From the NCBI RefSeq assembly GCF_009914755.1, contig NC_060945.1: a stretch of 64,000 bases of DNA. One strand, 5' to 3'. Of this stretch, positions 54,423 through 64,000 are shown piece by piece. The notes beneath the pieces were generated by a model. It had not been told where the DNA came from, did no database searches, and saw only the letters and a program-made list of their open reading frames with translations. Within the stretch, counting starts at the first letter, position 1; every line of letters begins with the position of its first letter. A program made the position numbers and the translations under genes. The DNA is from the human T2T-CHM13v2.0 reference genome, Homo sapiens.

Positions 54423-57400
54423 CTGATCTTTAATGAGTTTCTACAAGGGAGATTCTGGCTGGGAGTGTGTGAGCAATTTCAAGGACTTTGCTACAACGTT
54501 AAATTTTCTTTTGGAAACAACGTTACTGTCCGCATTGTAAAAGAGTGCTTTAACTATAGTAGTGAGTCTCATTTTAAAATTTATATTATTTTTGCTTTTT
54601 TATGTTAATTTTAGTTGGCACACAAAAATTGTATATGTTTATGGGATACAAGTGATATTTTGATACATGTATAAAATATGTCATAATCATATCAGAGTAA
54701 TTAGCATTTCCTATCACATCAAATATTTAGCATTTATTTGTGATGGGCACATTCATAATTCTCTCATGTAGCTTTTGGAAAATATGCAATAAGTTATTGT
54801 TAACTGTCTTCCCCCTAGTCCAGTGCTATATAACACTAGAACTTAGTCCTCTTATCTAGCTACAATTTTGCAGCTATTAACCTGCCTCTCCCTATTCTCT
54901 CCGTCTACCCTTTCCAGCCTCTAGTAACCACTATTCTACTCTCTACTTCTATGAGCTCATTTTTTTTACCTCCCACATATGAGTGAGAACATGTGGTATT
55001 TATCTCTCTGTGCCTGACTTATTTTGTTTAACATAATGTCCTCTAGGCCCATCCGTGTCACTGCAAATGATGGCATTTCATTATCTTTTATGGTTGAATA
55101 GTATTCCATTGTGTATGTGTACGATTTTTCTTTATTAATTCGTCTGTTGATGGACATTGAGGTTAATTCCCTACCATGTAACAGTAAATTGGTTAATTCC
55201 CTACCAATTTACTATTACAATAAATTGGTGGTTGCTGAGATCTCTTCGACATACTGATTTTCTTTCTTTTAGATATGTATCCAGCAGTGGAATAACTGGA
55301 TCACATGATAGTTCTATTTTTACTCTTTTGAGAAGTCTCCATGCTGTTATCTATAATGGCTGTACTAATTAATGTTCCCACTAACACTATATAAGAGTTT
55401 CTTTTCTCTGCATCCTCTCAAGCATTTGCTATCTTTTCACTTTTCAATAATAGCCATTCTAACTAGGGTGAGATGATATCCATTGTGGTTTTGATCTGCA
55501 TGTCCCTAATTATTAGTGATGTTGAGCATTTCTTCATGTACCTATTAGTCATCTGTATGTCTTCTTTCAAGAAATGTTTCTTCAGATCCTGTGCCTATTT
55601 TTAATTTGTTTTATGGCTGTTGAGTTGTTCTAGTTCCTCATACATATATCTGGATATTATTCCTTTGTTGGATGATTAGTGTGTAAATATTTGCTCCAAT
55701 TCTACAGGTTGTCTCTTCACTGTTGATTTTTTTCTTTTGCTGTGTAAAAGCTTCTTGGTTTGACATAATCCCATTTTTCTATTTTTTTTTGCTCACTGTG
55801 CTGTTGAAGTCTTACCCATAAAACTTGTGCCTAGATCACTGTCATGAAGTATTTCCCCCTGTGTTTCCTTTTAATAATTCTATAGTTTTAGGACTTACAT
55901 TTAAGTGTTCAATCCATTTTCAGGTGATTTTTGTACATGGTGAGAGATAGGAGTCTAGTTTCATTCCTCTGCCTATGAATATCCAGTTTTCCAAGCACCA
56001 ATTATTGAAGAGACTGTCCTTTCCTCAATGTATGTTCTTGTCACTTTTGTCAAAAACTAGTTGGCTATAAGTATGTGAATTTATTTTGGGTTCTGCAGTC
56101 TGTCCCATTGATCTATGTGTTGGCTTTTATACCAAGACCATGTGGTTTGGGGTACTATAGCTCTACAGTATATTTTAGTCAGGTAGTGTGATGCATCCAG
56201 CTTTGTTCTTTTTGCTGAGTAATGCTTCGGCTTTGCAAGGTCTTTTGTGGTTCCACACCATTTTTTGGATTTTTTTTCTATTTCCATGAAGAATGTTCTT
56301 GATATTTTGATAAAGATTTCATTTAATCTGTAGTTCGCTCTGGGTAGTACAATCATTTAAACAATACTAATTCTTCCAGCCTATGAGCATGATATGTCTT
56401 TCAAATCTGTGTGTCTTTTTTAAATTATTTCATCAGTATGTGGTAGATTTTATTACAGAGATATTTTACCTCCTTAGTTAAATCATTTAAACATATTCTA
56501 TTTTTTGTAATTATTGTAAATGAAATTCCTTTCTTGATTTGTTTGCAGCTAGTTTGTTACTGGGTTATAGAATGTTTACTGATTTTGTGTGTTAATTTTG
56601 TGTCCTGCAGCTTTACCGAATTTGCTTTTCCCTTCTGAGAAATTTTTGGTGGAGTCTTTAGACTTTTCTACATATAAGATAATGTTGTCTGAAAAGGGAT
56701 ACAATTTTAATTATTTTCTAATTTAAATTCCCTTAATTTATTTTCCTTGATTAATCACTCTGCCCAAGACTATTAGTACTATGTTGAGTAAGAGTGATGA
56801 AAATGAGAGTCTTTGTCTTGTATCAATTCTTAGAAGAAAAGTTTTCAGCTTTTCCCCATTCAGTACGATGTTAGGTATGGGTTTGTCATATATGGCCTTT
56901 ATTGTTTTAAGGCATGCCCCTTCTATACCTAGTCTGATGAGTGTTTTAATCATGAAGAAATGCTGAATTTTATCAAATGCTTTTTCTATATTCATTGACA
57001 TAATATTTTTCTTCATTCTGCTGATGTAGTGTATCACATTTCTTGATTTGTGTGTGTTGAACCATCTGTACAACCCTGAGATAAATCACACTTAATTATA
57101 GGGTATTATCTTTTGATGTGCTATTAGATTCTGTTTGCTAGTATTTTATTTATTTATTTATTTTTAAATGTTTTCTTCTAAGTTCACCAGTGACATTGGC
57201 CTAATAGTTTTCTTTAATTGTTGTGCCTTTGTCTGGTTTTGGTATAAGGGTAATGCTGGTGTCGTAGAATGAATTAGAATTACCTCCTCTTAAATTTTCT
57301 GGAAGAATTCAAGACTAATTCTTGTTCTTTTAAAGTGTTGTAGAATTCAGCAGTTAAACCACCTGGCCCTGGAATTTCCTTTCTGGGAGCCTTTTTATTA

Positions 57401-57906
57401 TGATTTAATCTTGTTACTTATTACTAATATGTTCAGGTTTCCTTTTTTTTTTTCTAGTTCAATCTTGGTAGGTTATATGTGTCCAGGAATTTAGTGATTT
57501 CCTCTTGGTTTTCTAATTTGTTGGCATATAGTTGTTTGAAATAATCTTTAATTATCCTTTTTATTTCTTGCTATCAGTTGTAAAGTTTCCATTTCTGGAT
57601 TTTTTTTTATTACTTGAGACATAATTTTTTCTTAGCTTGGTTAATGGTTTGTTTTATTTATCTTTTCAAAAAACCAACTTTTTGTTTTTTTAAATTGTTA
57701 TTTTTTGTTTCTGTTTTATTTACTTTTGCTCTGATCTTTATTATTTCTTTCTACTAATTTTAGATTTGGTTTCTATGTGCTTTTCCAGTTCCTTATGGTG
57801 CATCATTAGGTTCTTTATTTGAAATCTTTCTACCTTTTTTGATGTAGGCATATGATGCTGTAAACTTTCCTCTGAGAATTGCTTTTGCCATATCCAATAG
57901 GTTTTA

Positions 57907-61318
<3,412 letters not shown>

Positions 61319-61803
61319 CCCATAGGTTTTAGTATGTTGTGTTTCAATTTCTATCCTCATTGAGAACTTTAAAAAAAACTTTTTTTTATTTTCTTCATTA
61401 ATCTATTGGTCATTCAGGAGAATGTTTTTTAATATCTATTTGTAGAGTTTCCAAAGTTCCTCTTGGAACTTTCTATAGAACTTTCTTGGAACGTTTCTCT
61501 CTTGTTTCTATGCTAGTTTTATTCCATTGCAGTCTGAGAAGACACTTAATATAACTTCAATTTTTTAAAAAAATGTTGAAACTTGTTTCATCATCTACCG
61601 TATGGTCTATCCTGGAGAATGTTTGGTGGGCTGATGAGAAGAATGTATATTCTGCAGCTGTCAAATAAAATGTGTTCTTAATATCCGTTGGGTCTGTAGT
61701 GCAGATTAACTCCAATATTTATTTGTTGAATTTCTGTCTCATGAGCTGTCCAATGCAGAAAGTGGGGTGTTGAAGTCCTCAACTATTATTGTAGTGGGTA
61801 TAT

Positions 61804-62075
61804 CTTTTTTTTTTCTTTTTTGAGACAGTCTCACTCTGTCACCCAGGCTGGAGTGTAGTGGCATGATCTCAGCTCACTGTAACTTCTGCCTCACAGGTTC
61901 AGGCGATTCTCATGCCTTAGCCTCCCAAGCTGGAATTACAGGTGTGCACCACCATGCCCAGCTAACTTTTGTATTTTTAGTAAAGACAGGTTTTGCCATG
62001 TTGGCCAGGATGGTCTCAAACTTCTGACCTCAAGTGATCTACCTGCCTTGGCTTCCCGAAATGTTGGGGTTACAG
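61804..62075 (-). mobile_element. Alu (S/Jb-like), lacking its 5'-most bases
   Basis: Antisense Alu ending at ggggttacag. Confidence 0.88.
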
Positions 62076-62229
62076 TCTGATATAACTATTGCTACTTTTG
62101 CACAGTTATGGTTTCTATTTCTCAATTTTCAGTCTATATGTGTCTTAACAGGTGAAGTGAGTTTCTTGTTGGCAATGTGAAATTGAGTCTATTTTTAAAA
62201 AAAAATCTATTCAGCTAGCCTATATTCTA

Positions 62230-62543
<314 letters not shown>

Positions 62544-63532
62544 AAATTGTGGAATTTAAGCCAGTTACATTTAAGTTTTTTATTGAGATGTGTGGTCTTC
62601 CTAGTGTCATTTTGTTGATGTTTTTCTGATTTTTTGTATACTCTTTGTTGTTTTCTTTCTCTTTTATTTTTTTATCTTTGTAATTTGGTGGTTTTCTGTA
62701 GTGATATTGTTTGATGCTTTTCTTTTTCCTCATTTGTGTATCTGATCTGCCAGTGAGTTTTTCACTTTTGTGTATTTTCACACCATGGCATATATTGTCA
62801 TTTCACCTCCAGATATAGGACTCCTTTAGGCAATTCTTGTAGTGCTGGTCTAGTGGTGATGAATTCCCTTAAGTTTCACTTGTCTTGGAAAGACCATTTT
62901 TCCATTTCTAAAGAATAGCTTTACTGAGTTTTGCATTCTTGACTGGCATGGTGTTGTTGCTTTTTTTTCCCCCAGCACTTTGAGTATAACATCACATTCT
63001 CTCTCTTGTCCCATAAGGTTTCTGTTGAGAAATCTGCTGTTTGTTACTGTGATTGGAATTTCCTTATATGTAACTTAACTCTTTTCTCTTGGTGTTTTTA
63101 GAATTCTCTCATTGTCTTTGATTGTTGACAGTTTGAATATAATAATCCTTGGAGATGACCTTTATGGGTTAAATCTATTTGGGGATTTTTGAGCTTCCTG
63201 TATCTGAATATCTACATCTCTTCCAAGACTTAGGAATTTTTCAGCTATTATTTTATTAAATACATTTTCTATGCCTTTTGAAATCTCTTCTCCTTCTGAA
63301 TGTCCTAAATTGTGAAAATGTGTTTGTTTAATGTCCCATATATCACATAAATGTTCATTATTCTTTTTTTCTTTTTTATCTGACTTGGTTATTTCAAACC
63401 TGTTTTCAAGTTAAGAAATTCTTTCATCTGCTTGATCAATTCTATTGTTGAATATTTTGATTTTATTTTTAAATTTCATTCATTAATTCTTCAGTTCCAA
63501 GATTTCTGTTTTGTTCTATTTAAATGATATTT

Positions 63533-63951
63533 TGTATTGGTTCATTCTAACATTCCTATAAAGAAATACTTAAATTTCCCAAGAAATTTATTTAAAAAGA
63601 GGTTTAATTGGCTCATGGTTCTGCAGGCTGTACAGGAAGCATAGCAGAATCTGCTTATGGGGATGCCTCAAAGCTTCTAATAATGACAGAAGACAATGGA
63701 GGAGCTGGTACACCCCATGGCAAAAGCAGGATCAAGAGAGCAAAAGGGGAGGTGCTACACACTTTTAAATGACAAGATATCATGAGAACTCACTCACTAT
63801 CATGAGGACAGTACCAAGGAGAATGGTGCTAAACAATTCATGAGAAATTCACCTCCATGATCCAATCACCATCCACCAGGCCCCACCTCCAACATTGGAG
63901 ATTACATTTTAATATGACATTTGTGCATGAGCATACATCCAAACTATATCA
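63533..63951 (-). mobile_element. MSTA/MSTB solo LTR
   Basis: gaggtttaattggctcatggttctgcaggctgtacaggaagcat...catccaaactatatca; 5-bp TSD tattt/tatct. Confidence 0.88.
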
Positions 63952-64000
63952 TATCTATATTCTTGTTGAATTTCTCATTTAGATCATAAATTGTTTTTCT

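Overview
This is 64 kb of AT-rich, CpG-depleted, repeat-dense primate DNA. It is almost certainly human, because it carries an L1HS with the human-specific pre-Ta diagnostics. I found no host protein-coding gene, RNA gene or CpG island. The ORF track consists of L1 ORF2 remnants, Alu/LTR read-through or chance ORFs. The window is a layered record of transposons: about 10 Alus, several L1s (L1HS, L1PA8, older L1PA, L1MA/L1M), solo LTRs (LTR12, MER31-, MER61-like, MST/MLT1), and MIR/L2 and DNA-transposon relics. Structure that repeat masking would not explain: (1) an ancient ~2.9 kb inverted duplication (2484-5425 vs 38450-41424) bracketing 33 kb, datable by copy-specific insertions; (2) a second ~400 bp inverted duplication and a ~150 bp direct duplication at 46.5-51.8 kb; (3) a twin-primed L1HS pre-Ta with a 16-bp TSD, a 44-bp duplicated inversion point and 6-bp junction microhomology; (4) four separate 5'-inverted L1 insertions; (5) several small templated-insertion scars. 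I see no evidence of a new functional biological system; the findings are structural and evolutionary. Subfamily names come from recalled consensus motifs, not database searches, and old-repeat boundaries are approximate.
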